Shown here: positions 29,924 through 39,967 of the stretch, piece by piece
How the letters are laid out: the number at the start of each line of letters is the position of its first letter
How positions within the stretch are numbered: the stretch's first letter is position 1
Assembly: GCF_013004595.1 (NCBI RefSeq)
Contig: NZ_JABEMC010000003.1
Coordinates: 1 to 64,000 of the forward strand
Length of the DNA stretch: 64,000 nt
Reading direction: 5' to 3'
Origin: Brevibacterium luteolum
GTDB lineage: Bacteria > Actinomycetota > Actinomycetes > Actinomycetales > Brevibacteriaceae
Program-made: the position numbers and the translations under genes
Notes under the pieces: generated by a model
Database searches by the model: none
Told to the model about the DNA's origin: nothing
What the model saw: only the letters and a program-made list of their open reading frames with translations

Positions 29924-30556
29924 ATGCCCCAATCCTCGTCAGCTGCCTCGACTCCGGTGACAACCCTTGCCGTCATCGCCCACGGTCAGCTCACCGCTTT
30001 CGAACGGTCAGCCACCGATGCGCAGTACGCGCCCACCATGCAGGACAGAGTGGATCTTGCGACTGTCGCCGGGCATTCCCTGGACAATTTCTCGCGTCTG
30101 GCCGCTCGCATCGGCGAGCTCGGCGAAGACACGACGGCGCAGATGCAGCATGTGCAGCAGGCCTACAGCGAGCTGCGGGACCGCACCGCACCCCATGACT
30201 GGCACGAAAGCCTGATGAAGGGCTATGTGCTCGACGGGATCATGCACGACTTCTATCGTGCGGTGCTCACCGGCCTCGACGAGGAGAGCCGGCAGGTTGC
30301 CACCGCTGTCCTCGATGATACACGCCAGGCCGAATATCTCCGCACTCGGCTGGCCGCAGCGATCGAGGAGGATCCCTCGCTGTCGTCGCGTCTGGCGCTG
30401 TGGGGACGCAAGCTGGTGGCCGATTCGATGGGCCGCGGCAGGCGGCTCATCCGCCGCTATCACGCCGCTGAGACCCAGGACGCCGAAGCGCAGATGGTGC
30501 AGCAGGCGATGACGGCCCACTCGAAGCGGATGAGCGCGCTCGGCCTGGTGGCCTGA
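29924..30556 (+). CDS. Ferritin-like fold protein (MiaE_2 type)
   Basis: QLTAFERSA, RTAPHDWHESLMKGYV, RLALWGRKL, HSKRMSALGL; divergent from the DEAD helicase. Confidence 0.85.
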   Translation: MPQSSSAASTPVTTLAVIAHGQLTAFERSATDAQYAPTMQDRVDLATVAGHSLDNFSRLAARIGELGEDTTAQMQHVQQAYSELRDRTAPHDWHESLMKGYVLDGIMHDFYRAVLTGLDEESRQVATAVLDDTRQAEYLRTRLAAAIEEDPSLSSRLALWGRKLVADSMGRGRRLIRRYHAAETQDAEAQMVQQAMTAHSKRMSALGLVA

Positions 30557-30616
30557 GCGCGCTCATCCGCGGTGCCGGCAGGTGCCGCCGGCGAGGCTGT
30601 CAGGTGGCGTGCGGAC

Positions 30617-30841
30617 TCAGGAGAGCCCGAAGCCGACCGGGTGCTGCTGGGCGCTGCCGGTCTCGACATAGGCAAGCGCTGCTGCCGGGACGATGACTTT
30701 GCGGCCCTTGTCGTCGGCGAGGACGAAGGTCGAACCCGAGGACAGCGCCTCGTCGACCTGCTGGGTGATCTCCTCAGCGGTGGCCTCCGTTTCGATGACG
30801 AGTTCGCGCGGGGCCTGGCGGACGCCGATCTTGACTTCCAT
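30617..30841 (-). CDS. DUF3107 protein
   Basis: MEVKIGVRQAPRELVIE...LADDKGRKVIVP...VGFG. Confidence 0.92.
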   Translation of the reverse strand: MEVKIGVRQAPRELVIETEATAEEITQQVDEALSSGSTFVLADDKGRKVIVPAAALAYVETGSAQQHPVGFGLS

Positions 30842-30882
30842 ACTCACTCCTTGTGATCTGGGTTCGGGTGGGGCAACCCTCG

Positions 30883-31539
30883 TTAGTCTACGTCCCACGG
30901 ACGCGCTTCGGCCGAACCGTCCGGACCCGGTGGGGCGACCTCGTCGACGCGCGGCATCGACGTCAGCCCCCGGTAGGTCATGAATGCCATGAGCCGGGCA
31001 TTCGAGCGCGGGTCCATCGACTCGGATTCGACCACCTGGCTGGCGGCCTTCTCCGCGATCCCGACGACGCCCTGCGCCAGCAGCAGCGCCTCGTCGAGAG
31101 TCGCGTAGGTGTAGCGGGTGATGAGCTCGGCGATCTGGCTGGCGATCCGGCGCCGGACCGCGTCGGCCCGGCGCACCGCCTCGGGCTCGTAGCTGTCAGC
31201 GCAGAAGAGCACGATGAACTCGTTGCGGTTCTCGCTGACGAAGGTGAAGAAGGCGTCGAACGTGCTGTAGACGCGCTCCTCATTGTTCTCCGTGGCTTGC
31301 AGCGCACTGCGGACGGAGGCGTCGAAGGTGGCCGCAGCCGCGTCGATGGCGGCCAGGTACAGGTCCTTCTTGGATGTGAAGTGCTGATAGAGGACCGGCT
31401 TGGACACCCCAGCGGCCTCGGCGACATCGTCCATCGACGTCGTGTGGTAACCGGAGTCTGCGAACATGGCGGTTGCAACGCCGATGAGCTGTTCGCGGCG
31501 CTGCTCACGCGGCATGCGCTGTGTCGGAACCATGGCCAC
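30883..31539 (-). CDS. TetR-family transcriptional regulator
   Basis: RMPREQRREQL; HTH GYHTTSMDDVAEAAGVSKPVLYQHFTSKKDLY. Confidence 0.93.
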   Translation of the reverse strand: MAMVPTQRMPREQRREQLIGVATAMFADSGYHTTSMDDVAEAAGVSKPVLYQHFTSKKDLYLAAIDAAAATFDASVRSALQATENNEERVYSTFDAFFTFVSENRNEFIVLFCADSYEPEAVRRADAVRRRIASQIAELITRYTYATLDEALLLAQGVVGIAEKAASQVVESESMDPRSNARLMAFMTYRGLTSMPRVDEVAPPGPDGSAEARPWDVD

Positions 31540-31684
31540 ATCCTATCCGCAGTGGTGGCGTCGGGTTGGTGAGTATGCCCTCCCATTTATATAACAATCA
31601 ATCGTACAGTTATGCGGCAGGGGCAGGCGAAGACGCCTCCGGCGTGAACCCGGCGATGTCAGTGGGCTGTGCTTCAATGAAGCC

Positions 31685-34600
31685 ATGGTCGCAACGGGAG
31701 ATGAGCACACGCCGCACACCACCAGGGACGGAGCCGGTTCCACGTCTGAATTGGGTGCCGTCATCGAGCGGTGCGTACGTGAGCTGCGAGACACCCATTC
31801 TGGGTGCAATATCACAGTCATCGGAGCGCCGGGAACCGGGAAGACGACGCTTGTCTGCACAGTGTTCGAACAGCTCGCTGCGACACCGGGCGTCGGAGCC
31901 GACGACATCCTCGTGCTCACCCCCAACCGCGACCACGCCACTCTGCTGCGCGACCGCCTCGGGCCCGGCCGCGACGGAATCCGCTCAGCACCTGCCGCAC
32001 GCAGCATCCACTCCTTCGCCTTCGGGCTCGTCAGCGCGCTCAGCGGTGCCGCCGAGGGCCGGCAGTCGCGGTTCATCTCCGGGGCCGAACAGGACGCCTT
32101 CCTTGCCGACATGCTCGAGGGATACGAATCCGGTCTCATTCCCGCGCCTGCCTGGACGGAGCACCTGAGCGCTGAGGTGCGGGCCACCCGCGGCTTCCGC
32201 GACCAGCTGCGCGAAGCCCTCAACGAAGTCATGGCCCGCACACTCGACCCCGGTGAGGTGTTCGCAGCCGCTGCGGCCCACGGGCGAGGGGAGTGGGAGG
32301 TGCTGGCTGTCATGATGCGCGAGTACCTGGAGCTCAACTCGTTCCCCGGCTTCAGCGGCGTCGACACCGCCAGTGTGCTCACCGAGGCGACGAGCATCCT
32401 CATCGAGCAGGACACCCGCGGGGTGCGGGCCGGCAGCCACTGGGACTTCTCGGTGCCCGGCCGCCCGGCCAGCGAACAGCCCGGCCAGCCGGTGCCGCGC
32501 TTCGTCCTCGTCGATGCCGCCCAGGACCTGCCCGACGGCGCACTGTCGGTGCTGCAGTGCCTGGTCGCCTTAGGCTGCCGGATCCTGCTGACCGCCTCAC
32601 CGGATACGACGACCCAGGCGTTCCGCGGGGCGACCGGCCTTTTGTTGCGCCACGCCGCCCGCCAGGAGACCACCGGCGGGGCGCTCGCCGGGCCCGGTGG
32701 CAGCCTCGTGCTCACCCTCGATCCACTCGACCCGGCCTGCCGCGGTGCCGGTGCACTGGCACCGCTGTGGCATAGCTTCGCCTCAGCGATGTCGGCCGAA
32801 CAGGCCTATGGGCATCTGCCGATTCCCGACCGGACGGCAGAAGCAGTCGCACAACCCGGTGAGCCGGGAGCAAGCGCACCAGCGGAGTTCACGGTGTTCC
32901 CCAGTGCCGCCGAACGCACCCGCGGAATCGCCCGGACACTCAGGCGCTGGCACCATGACGCAGGCCTGGACTGGTCGGACTGTGCGGTGCTGTGCCGCAC
33001 TGCAGGCACCGCCACGGCGCTGCGGCAGGAACTCGAGCACCTGGGCATCCCGGTCGCCGGCAGCAGCATGTCGCTGGCCGCCGACCCAGCCACCGCCCCG
33101 CTGCTGCGGCTGCTCGACCTTGACCGTGATGACGACATCGCCGTCGAAGCCGTCGCCCGCGAGCTGCTCACCGGCGTCTACGGCGGCGTCGACGCGCTGG
33201 CCGTGCGCGGTCTCGAACGCGAACTCGCCGTCCTCACCGGCAGTGCCGACAACGCGCTGCTCACTGCATTGCGCACCTATCCTGCCGAGCAGCTGCCCGG
33301 GGAGCTGGCGATGGTCCACCGGCTGCTGAGCACCGCTGACGAGGTGCGCGGCACCGACCCGCACACGGCATTGTGGCAGCTGTGGGAGACCTCCGACGCG
33401 GCCGGTCGCTGGGAACCGGTCGCCGCATCCCAGCCGACGCACCCACTCAATGACCGGCTCGACGCCGTCATCCGCCTCATGACGCTGGCCGAGCGCTACA
33501 GCGGCCGCGACGCGATGCCCGCGCACAGCTTCGCGCTCAAGGTCCTCGACCAGGACTTCGCACAGGACTCACTGGCCCGCCAGCACTACGGCGACATGGT
33601 CGTCGTCGACTCACCGGCCGGTGTCGCCCACCTCGACTTCACGGCCGTCATCGTCGCCGATGTCAACGACGGCCAGTGGCCCAACCCGAAGATCCGCGGT
33701 TCGATCTTCGACACCGCCGACCTCTGCGACGCCCTCGACGGGCGCCTGCCAGCCGGAACCCCGGAGACCGACAGCGCCACCGCCCACGCGGCCCGCTTCG
33801 CGCAGCGACGACGCGCGGTCATCCGCGATGAGGCCCGGCTGCTGCTCGCCGCGCTGTCCCGGGCACAGACCCACCTGCTCATCACCGCCCTCGCTGACGG
33901 CGAGTCGAGCCCCAGCGGCTTCTTCACACTCCTGCGCCCGGACCCCGAAGACGGTGCAGACCACGCCGATGCGGTGTCGACCGCCGCGGCTGCCGATGCC
34001 GAACCTGCTGCTGAGCTTGCCACCCAGCAGCTGAGCATCCGCTCGATCGCAGCCCACGCCCGGCACCGCTTCGAAACAGCGGAAACGGCTGAGGACCAGC
34101 AGCAGTGGGCGCAGCTGCTCGCAGCACTCACACGCGCATACATCAGTGAGGCCGACACCGCGACATGGCAGCGCTGGTATGAGCGCAGCTCACAGGACCC
34201 GATCCGGGCAGCCGATGAGATCGTCACCCTCAGCCCGTCGACGATGGAGACATTCGCGACCTGCCCACTGCAGTGGTTCCTCTCCCGGCACGCAGGCGAC
34301 ACCGCAGCCACACAGGCACAGACGACCGGCACGCTCATCCACGAGCTGGCCGAGGAATTCCCGGACGGGGACCTGCTGGGCATGCAGCAGGCGTTCGAAG
34401 AGAAGTTCGCCCAGCTCGAGTTCGACGCCGAGTGGGAACGCGAACGCGAATACGACGCGATCGCCGGCATGGTCGACAACCTCAGCACCTACCTGCGCGC
34501 GCGCCGCAGCGAAGGCACCCTCGTCGGAGTCGAAGCCAGCGTCAGCGCCGTAGAGAACGATCCCGAACAGGGCGGACCGTGGCAGATCCGCGGCCGGATC

Positions 34601-35029
34601 GACCGCATCGAGCAGCTCGTCGACGGACGCGGCCTGTATGTCATCGACTTCAAGACCGGCAAGAAACCGACACCGCACAAGGACCTGCCCGAGCATCCGC
34701 AGCTGGGCACCTATCAGGCAGCTCTGGCACACCCGAGCGGGACGGTCGAACTGACCGACGGCAGTCAGGTGCACGGCACGCCAGCTGGAGCTGAACTGGT
34801 GTTTCTGCGCAAACAGAAGCCCACCACCCGCGAACAACCCGCTCTCCAGACTGACGACGAAAGCCCCGACGGATACAGCTGGGCCGGCCGGATGGTCGTC
34901 GAGACCGCCCGGCAGATGCGCTCGGCGTACTTCCCAGCCACCCCGTCCCCGGATGCCTGCCGGTTCTGCCCGGTGCGCAGCTCATGCCCGGCCGTGATGG
35001 ACAGCGACAACGAGGAGGCACACGCATGA
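31685..35029 (+). CDS. adnA: AdnA-like UvrD helicase/RecB-type nuclease subunit
   Basis: GAPGTGKT; degenerate Walker B VLVDAAQD; nuclease GRIDRIE...IDFKTGK, QLGTYQ; Fe-S Cys set TCPLQW...CRFCPVRSSC. Confidence 0.85.
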   Translation: MVATGDEHTPHTTRDGAGSTSELGAVIERCVRELRDTHSGCNITVIGAPGTGKTTLVCTVFEQLAATPGVGADDILVLTPNRDHATLLRDRLGPGRDGIRSAPAARSIHSFAFGLVSALSGAAEGRQSRFISGAEQDAFLADMLEGYESGLIPAPAWTEHLSAEVRATRGFRDQLREALNEVMARTLDPGEVFAAAAAHGRGEWEVLAVMMREYLELNSFPGFSGVDTASVLTEATSILIEQDTRGVRAGSHWDFSVPGRPASEQPGQPVPRFVLVDAAQDLPDGALSVLQCLVALGCRILLTASPDTTTQAFRGATGLLLRHAARQETTGGALAGPGGSLVLTLDPLDPACRGAGALAPLWHSFASAMSAEQAYGHLPIPDRTAEAVAQPGEPGASAPAEFTVFPSAAERTRGIARTLRRWHHDAGLDWSDCAVLCRTAGTATALRQELEHLGIPVAGSSMSLAADPATAPLLRLLDLDRDDDIAVEAVARELLTGVYGGVDALAVRGLERELAVLTGSADNALLTALRTYPAEQLPGELAMVHRLLSTADEVRGTDPHTALWQLWETSDAAGRWEPVAASQPTHPLNDRLDAVIRLMTLAERYSGRDAMPAHSFALKVLDQDFAQDSLARQHYGDMVVVDSPAGVAHLDFTAVIVADVNDGQWPNPKIRGSIFDTADLCDALDGRLPAGTPETDSATAHAARFAQRRRAVIRDEARLLLAALSRAQTHLLITALADGESSPSGFFTLLRPDPEDGADHADAVSTAAAADAEPAAELATQQLSIRSIAAHARHRFETAETAEDQQQWAQLLAALTRAYISEADTATWQRWYERSSQDPIRAADEIVTLSPSTMETFATCPLQWFLSRHAGDTAATQAQTTGTLIHELAEEFPDGDLLGMQQAFEEKFAQLEFDAEWEREREYDAIAGMVDNLSTYLRARRSEGTLVGVEASVSAVENDPEQGGPWQIRGRIDRIEQLVDGRGLYVIDFKTGKKPTPHKDLPEHPQLGTYQAALAHPSGTVELTDGSQVHGTPAGAELVFLRKQKPTTREQPALQTDDESPDGYSWAGRMVVETARQMRSAYFPATPSPDACRFCPVRSSCPAVMDSDNEEAHA

Positions 35030-38000
35030 AAGCGCAGTACAGTGCCGCCGCACTCGCCGAGATCGTCGGAGTGCACCCGCCGACCGACGAGCAGGCGAAG
35101 ATCATCGAAGCCGAACTCGAACCGACCGTCATCATCGCCGGTGCCGGCTCCGGTAAAACCGAGACGCTGGCGCTGCGCGTGCTGTGGCTCATCGCCAATG
35201 GCCACGCCGACCCGCAGCGCATCCTCGGCCTGACATTCACGCGCAAAGCCGTCGGTGAGCTGACCGAGCGGATCTGGGCGTTCGTGCGCACCTTCCGCCG
35301 CGCCCGGCCTGCTAGCACCGGGCCCGGGCTCGGTGCTGGCCGGATCGCTGATTTCGAGATGCCGACGATCTCGACCTACAACTCCTATGCCGCCTCGCTC
35401 GTCAGCGACTACGGCCTGGCGATCGGCATCGAATCCGACTCCTCAGTCCTCGATGCGGCCGGATCGATCCGGCTGGCCGAGCAGATCGTACTCGCCGCCG
35501 AACCGCACGAGATCCCCGCCAACGTCCCTCGCACGGCTCTCATCACCCGGGTCCGCGAGATGGCAGGGCAGATCAACGAGCACCTGCAGACACCGCAGAG
35601 CGTGCTCGAATACCTGGACGCCTGCATCGACCACCTGCTCGGCGAAGCCGGGCTGACGTGGTACTTCACGAAGATCCGGCGCGGACGGTCCCTACGCAAG
35701 GAAGAGAAGGACGGCGTCATCGCCGAACTGTGGGCGCTAGCCGACGAGGCTGGCGTTGGCAGAGCAGGCAAAAGCCACACCAACCTGGCGGCACGTAATG
35801 AGCTCGCCGAGCGGATCATCGCTCTGCGCAAAGACACTGTTCTCGAACAGCTGTTGGACAAGCGGAAAGTCACCGTACTGGCCGAACGGTTTCTAGCAGC
35901 CAAACGGGAGACCTCGGCCATGGAGTTCTCCGACCAGGTGAAGTACGCCCACGACATTATGAGCCGACCTGATGGGCGCATCCTGCCGATTGAGCGCAGC
36001 CGGTGGGATGCCATCATGCTCGACGAATACCAGGACACCTCGGACTCCCAGTTCCAGCTGCTGCAGCTGCTGTTCAACGGCAAGAACGTCATGGCCGTCG
36101 GTGACCCCCGGCAGTCGATCTACGCCTGGCGCGGAGCCTCCGCCCGTAACATCAGCGACTTCCCGAAACGGTTCCAGCGCCAGCTGCCGGCAACCGGCCA
36201 GGGAGGCGAGCAGCAAGCGGTCGCCGATGCACACGTGCGGACGCTCAGCATCGGCTGGCGCAACGACAAGAGCATCCTCGCGGTGGCCAACCGGATCTCC
36301 GAGGATCTGCCCGAATACGACGAGAAGGACGTGCTGCGGCCTCGGCCCGGTGCCGGTGATGGCCAGACACACGTCGTCTCGACCATCGGAGAGGTCGACC
36401 AGACCTACGGCACCGATCTCATGGCAGAACTCGTCGACTTCATGCACACTGCCACCGAGACCTGGTACGCCAGCGGGAAGACCGACCCACCTCAGCGCGC
36501 GGTTTTGTGCCGTAAACGCTCGTTCCTGACTGCAACGGCCAACGCGCTCGAAAGTGCCGGCTTCGAGGTGCACATCGCAGGTGCCGACGGACTGCTCGAA
36601 GACACCTACGTCGCCGATATTCATGCGGCTTTGCACGCGGTGGCCGACCCGAACGCCGGCACTGAGCTCATGCGGCTCATCAGCGGGCGCAGCTGCGCAC
36701 TCGGTGCTGCCGATATCGCCGCGCTGCACCGGTTCGCCAAGTCCCGCAATGAGCGCGCCCAGCAGGTCTTCGAGGCCAGTCAGAGTGCTGCCGGTGCCGA
36801 GGCTGGTGATGGTGAGACCGGTGTGTCCACCGCGGATGACACGGGCGTTGTCACCGTCGGGATCATCGAAGCCGTTGATGACCTCATCGCTGTCAGCCCT
36901 GCCCTCGACGGCTCCGAGAACGTCCAAGGTTCCCCGGTCGTCGCTGACTGGCGCAGATCCAAGCTCAGTGAGACGGCAACCCGCCGGCTCATCCGCCTGG
37001 CGGAGAGCCTGCGCCACCTCAGGCGCCTGGCCGTCACCGTGCCCGGTCTCGTCCGTACTGCGATCGTCGAACTCGACATCGACACAGAGATCGAATCGCT
37101 GCCGGAAGCAGCACGGGCAAACCATGAGAAGTCCGTCGATGCTTTCATCTCCCTGACAAGTGACTTCGTGTCACAGAACCCGGTGGGATCACTCGCTGAG
37201 TTCCTCACCTGGCTGACGATCATGGACGCCGAGCAGTCACTGAGCATGCCCGAGGAACCGGCGGCCGAGGGTGCTATCACCATCATGACCGTCCACGGGT
37301 CGAAAGGGCTGGGATTCGACATTGTCGCCATCCCGCACCTGACAGAGGGGGACATGCCGACCACGCTGCGCAGCACCAAGGCGTGGCTCTCCGGTGGCAT
37401 GCTGCCGTACCCGCTGCGCGGAGACCGGCACCACATTCCCCGCTTCGACCTCACCGACTCCCGATTCGCCACCGAAGAGGACATTGAGGCGTACCAGAAG
37501 TCCGAGTTGAAAGAGCAGCTCAACCTGCACCACGCCATCGAGGAACGCCGCATCGGATATGTCGCAGTGACACGGGCGAAACAGCAGCTGTGGCTCGGTG
37601 GCAGCCTCTTCACCACTCGGCAGAATAAGAATGAGTTCTCCCCATTCCTGCACGAGGCGGCCGAGGTCCTCAACCTTGATCCCGACGAGGTCCTCAACCC
37701 CGGAGACGACGACACCGAACGCCCAGAAGGTGAGGCGATCTCCGTCGAGTGGCCGAAACGAGCCGATGCGGCGGAAGCTGCGCGACGAGCCGAACTGACC
37801 GGGATGTTCGCCGCCGCCCTGCGATTGAAACCCGAGCTCGAACAACTGGCTGAATCTCACCCCGACGAGGATGACAGCGCAGCTGCCGAGATCGCCGCTC
37901 TCGCTCAGATGGCGCTGGCACTGCAGGCAGAGCGGGCCAAGCAGGCAGAGGAGTTCCCGCTACCGAGCCGGCTCTCAGCCACCGGGCTCGTGCAGCTGGC

Positions 38001-38562
38001 AGAGGACCCGCAGGCCTATCGCCGGGAACTCAGGCGCCCCATGCCGCAGGGCCCATCCCACGCCGCCGGGCTCGGCACGGCCTTCCATGCCTGGGTGGAG
38101 AACTTCTATGGCCAGGCGGCGCTGAGTGACCTTGACGACGATCCGAACACTGTGACACTGCCGGCATACCTGCATGAGCAGCTCGACGAGCTGTGCCGGC
38201 GGTTCGAGCGCTCACGCTTCGCAGCACTCGAACCGGTTGCGGTGGAGCAGTCCTTCGAACTCACTCTCACCGGCGCTGACGGCCACACGGTGACAGTGCC
38301 GGGCAAGATCGACGCGATCTTCGCCATCGACGGCGGCTACTACGTCATCGACTGGAAGACCGGCCGATCCCCGCGCAGTGACGACGAGCTGGCAGACCGG
38401 GCGATTCAGCTGGCGATCTATCGGATAGCCGTGCAGAAGATGCCCGCATTCGCTGATGCGGAGCGGATCGAATGCGGGTTCTACTTCCTCGGTGATGACC
38501 AGGAGATCACTGTCCCGCACATCATGAGCGAGTCAGAGCTCGTCGCCCGGCTTGAGCTCTGA
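35026..38562 (+). CDS. adnB: AdnB-like UvrD helicase/RecB-type nuclease subunit
   Basis: AGAGSGKT, LTFTRKA, LDEYQDT, VGDPRQSIYAWRGA, TVHGSKGL, YVAVTRA; nuclease GKIDAIF...IDWKTG, QLAIY; ATGA overlap with adnA. Confidence 0.88.
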   Translation: MKAQYSAAALAEIVGVHPPTDEQAKIIEAELEPTVIIAGAGSGKTETLALRVLWLIANGHADPQRILGLTFTRKAVGELTERIWAFVRTFRRARPASTGPGLGAGRIADFEMPTISTYNSYAASLVSDYGLAIGIESDSSVLDAAGSIRLAEQIVLAAEPHEIPANVPRTALITRVREMAGQINEHLQTPQSVLEYLDACIDHLLGEAGLTWYFTKIRRGRSLRKEEKDGVIAELWALADEAGVGRAGKSHTNLAARNELAERIIALRKDTVLEQLLDKRKVTVLAERFLAAKRETSAMEFSDQVKYAHDIMSRPDGRILPIERSRWDAIMLDEYQDTSDSQFQLLQLLFNGKNVMAVGDPRQSIYAWRGASARNISDFPKRFQRQLPATGQGGEQQAVADAHVRTLSIGWRNDKSILAVANRISEDLPEYDEKDVLRPRPGAGDGQTHVVSTIGEVDQTYGTDLMAELVDFMHTATETWYASGKTDPPQRAVLCRKRSFLTATANALESAGFEVHIAGADGLLEDTYVADIHAALHAVADPNAGTELMRLISGRSCALGAADIAALHRFAKSRNERAQQVFEASQSAAGAEAGDGETGVSTADDTGVVTVGIIEAVDDLIAVSPALDGSENVQGSPVVADWRRSKLSETATRRLIRLAESLRHLRRLAVTVPGLVRTAIVELDIDTEIESLPEAARANHEKSVDAFISLTSDFVSQNPVGSLAEFLTWLTIMDAEQSLSMPEEPAAEGAITIMTVHGSKGLGFDIVAIPHLTEGDMPTTLRSTKAWLSGGMLPYPLRGDRHHIPRFDLTDSRFATEEDIEAYQKSELKEQLNLHHAIEERRIGYVAVTRAKQQLWLGGSLFTTRQNKNEFSPFLHEAAEVLNLDPDEVLNPGDDDTERPEGEAISVEWPKRADAAEAARRAELTGMFAAALRLKPELEQLAESHPDEDDSAAAEIAALAQMALALQAERAKQAEEFPLPSRLSATGLVQLAEDPQAYRRELRRPMPQGPSHAAGLGTAFHAWVENFYGQAALSDLDDDPNTVTLPAYLHEQLDELCRRFERSRFAALEPVAVEQSFELTLTGADGHTVTVPGKIDAIFAIDGGYYVIDWKTGRSPRSDDELADRAIQLAIYRIAVQKMPAFADAERIECGFYFLGDDQEITVPHIMSESELVARLEL

Positions 38563-38570
38563 GGTGGTGG

Positions 38571-39827
38571 TCAGGACTTCTCGGGGCGATCTTTGGACGC
38601 CTGCGGTTGTTCGTCGAAGTCCATGATGCGCTCAGTCGGCACATCGGCTGACGAGCCCTCGTCAAAAGGTGCGGGAGCAGCTGCCGGACGGAACGCATCG
38701 GCGTCGCTGCTGCGCTGCACCTGCGGTTCGACCCGCGGCTGCAGATCAGGCGCGGACGGAGCAGGTGAGGTGTCGCCGCGCTCATCGTCTGCAGGGGTAT
38801 CCTCTGCAGGCTCAGCTGCAGGGGCCTCATCTTCGGGGGCGGCTGGATCATCTGCCCGGGTCTCACCGCGGTCGGTGAACTCGTACGGCTGGGCGTGCCG
38901 GGGCTGTTCGGCATCAGCTGTCGCCACCTCGGCAAGTGAGTTCAACAGTGCGACCGCATCGGACTTCGCGGCCTCATCCTCGGTGTCGACTGCCAGCAGC
39001 AGCCAGTCGAGGACAGCCAGTTCGGCCAGCAGCTCGGCGCGCGCCTGCAGACCGGCATCCTTGATGTGACGCTGCTGGCGGTAGCGGTCGAGGAAGTGCT
39101 CGTAGTGGGATCCCTCGACGAACGTCGACACCGCCGCCAAGTCGGCAGCCGGGTCACCGACCCGGAAGCGGAAGAAGTCGCTGACGCTGGTGATGCGCCC
39201 ATCCTCGACGCGAATCGCCTCTGGGGCCAGCGCTGCGTGGATCGGGCAGGGCAGGAATCGCCATGTCGAGACGTTCTCCAGGGCGTCCTCCCAGCGCTGC
39301 AGCAGCACCGCAGGCACAAGCCCGGTGCCGGCGGCGCGATCGAGATCAGCCAGCAGCTGTTCGCGCAGCTCGGCCGAATCATGGACGACGAGCCCAGCAT
39401 CAGCGACCGCACCGGTGTCGCTGTTGTGCAGGTCGGCGAGGAAGTCGGCCAGGGAACTGACCAGCTGCTGCGATTCGGCGAAGTCCTCAAGAGTGGCAGG
39501 CGTACCGGCCAGCGGATCGGAGATCTGCACCTCGTAGGTGCGCTCATCCTCGGTCAGATCATCAGGGGCCTGAACGCTGGCAAGGATCTGCGGGAACCCG
39601 ATCTGCGTGTCGGGCAGCAGGCTGCGCAGCACAGCGCAGGCCACCGCCTCGGTCTGGGCGGCCGGCACATCAGAGTCGGGGATGAGGCTGACGACCAGCG
39701 AGCGATCCTCAGCGCTGAGCAGCACCCGCGGGCCACGCGAATCCGGCAGCTTCGTCCACAGCGACGGTTCGAAACCGGCGATCTGTCCGGCTGCGATTGC
39801 TGCAAGCCTGAGTCCCAAGGTGTCCAC
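38571..39827 (-). CDS. APH/macrolide phosphotransferase-like protein with degenerate catalytic loop and acidic Pro-rich tail
   Basis: LADFLADLH, LLQRWEDALE, WRFLPCPIHAALAPEAI, VGDPAADL; start position approximate. Confidence 0.75.
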   Translation of the reverse strand: MDTLGLRLAAIAAGQIAGFEPSLWTKLPDSRGPRVLLSAEDRSLVVSLIPDSDVPAAQTEAVACAVLRSLLPDTQIGFPQILASVQAPDDLTEDERTYEVQISDPLAGTPATLEDFAESQQLVSSLADFLADLHNSDTGAVADAGLVVHDSAELREQLLADLDRAAGTGLVPAVLLQRWEDALENVSTWRFLPCPIHAALAPEAIRVEDGRITSVSDFFRFRVGDPAADLAAVSTFVEGSHYEHFLDRYRQQRHIKDAGLQARAELLAELAVLDWLLLAVDTEDEAAKSDAVALLNSLAEVATADAEQPRHAQPYEFTDRGETRADDPAAPEDEAPAAEPAEDTPADDERGDTSPAPSAPDLQPRVEPQVQRSSDADAFRPAAAPAPFDEGSSADVPTERIMDFDEQPQASKDRPEKS

Positions 39828-39967
39828 GTCACCCAATCTACCTGTCCTCACCCGGAGGTTGGTGGATCTACACTCCGATGCCGCCGCCCGGTGGCAGAAG
39901 TTCGCCTCCTCCACAGGCGCGGCCACCGCACGAATAGATGTCCCTGCCCTTCGCTACAGTGGAACGC

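Noticed and set aside
31685..38562. Helicase-nuclease pair as a new defence system or Cas4-like module
   Set aside because: Architecture and neighbours (nudC, uvrD2) match the housekeeping AdnAB end-resection complex
38571..39827. Functional macrolide resistance gene (mph)
   Set aside because: Catalytic motif is degenerate and the gene sits in a core syntenic position
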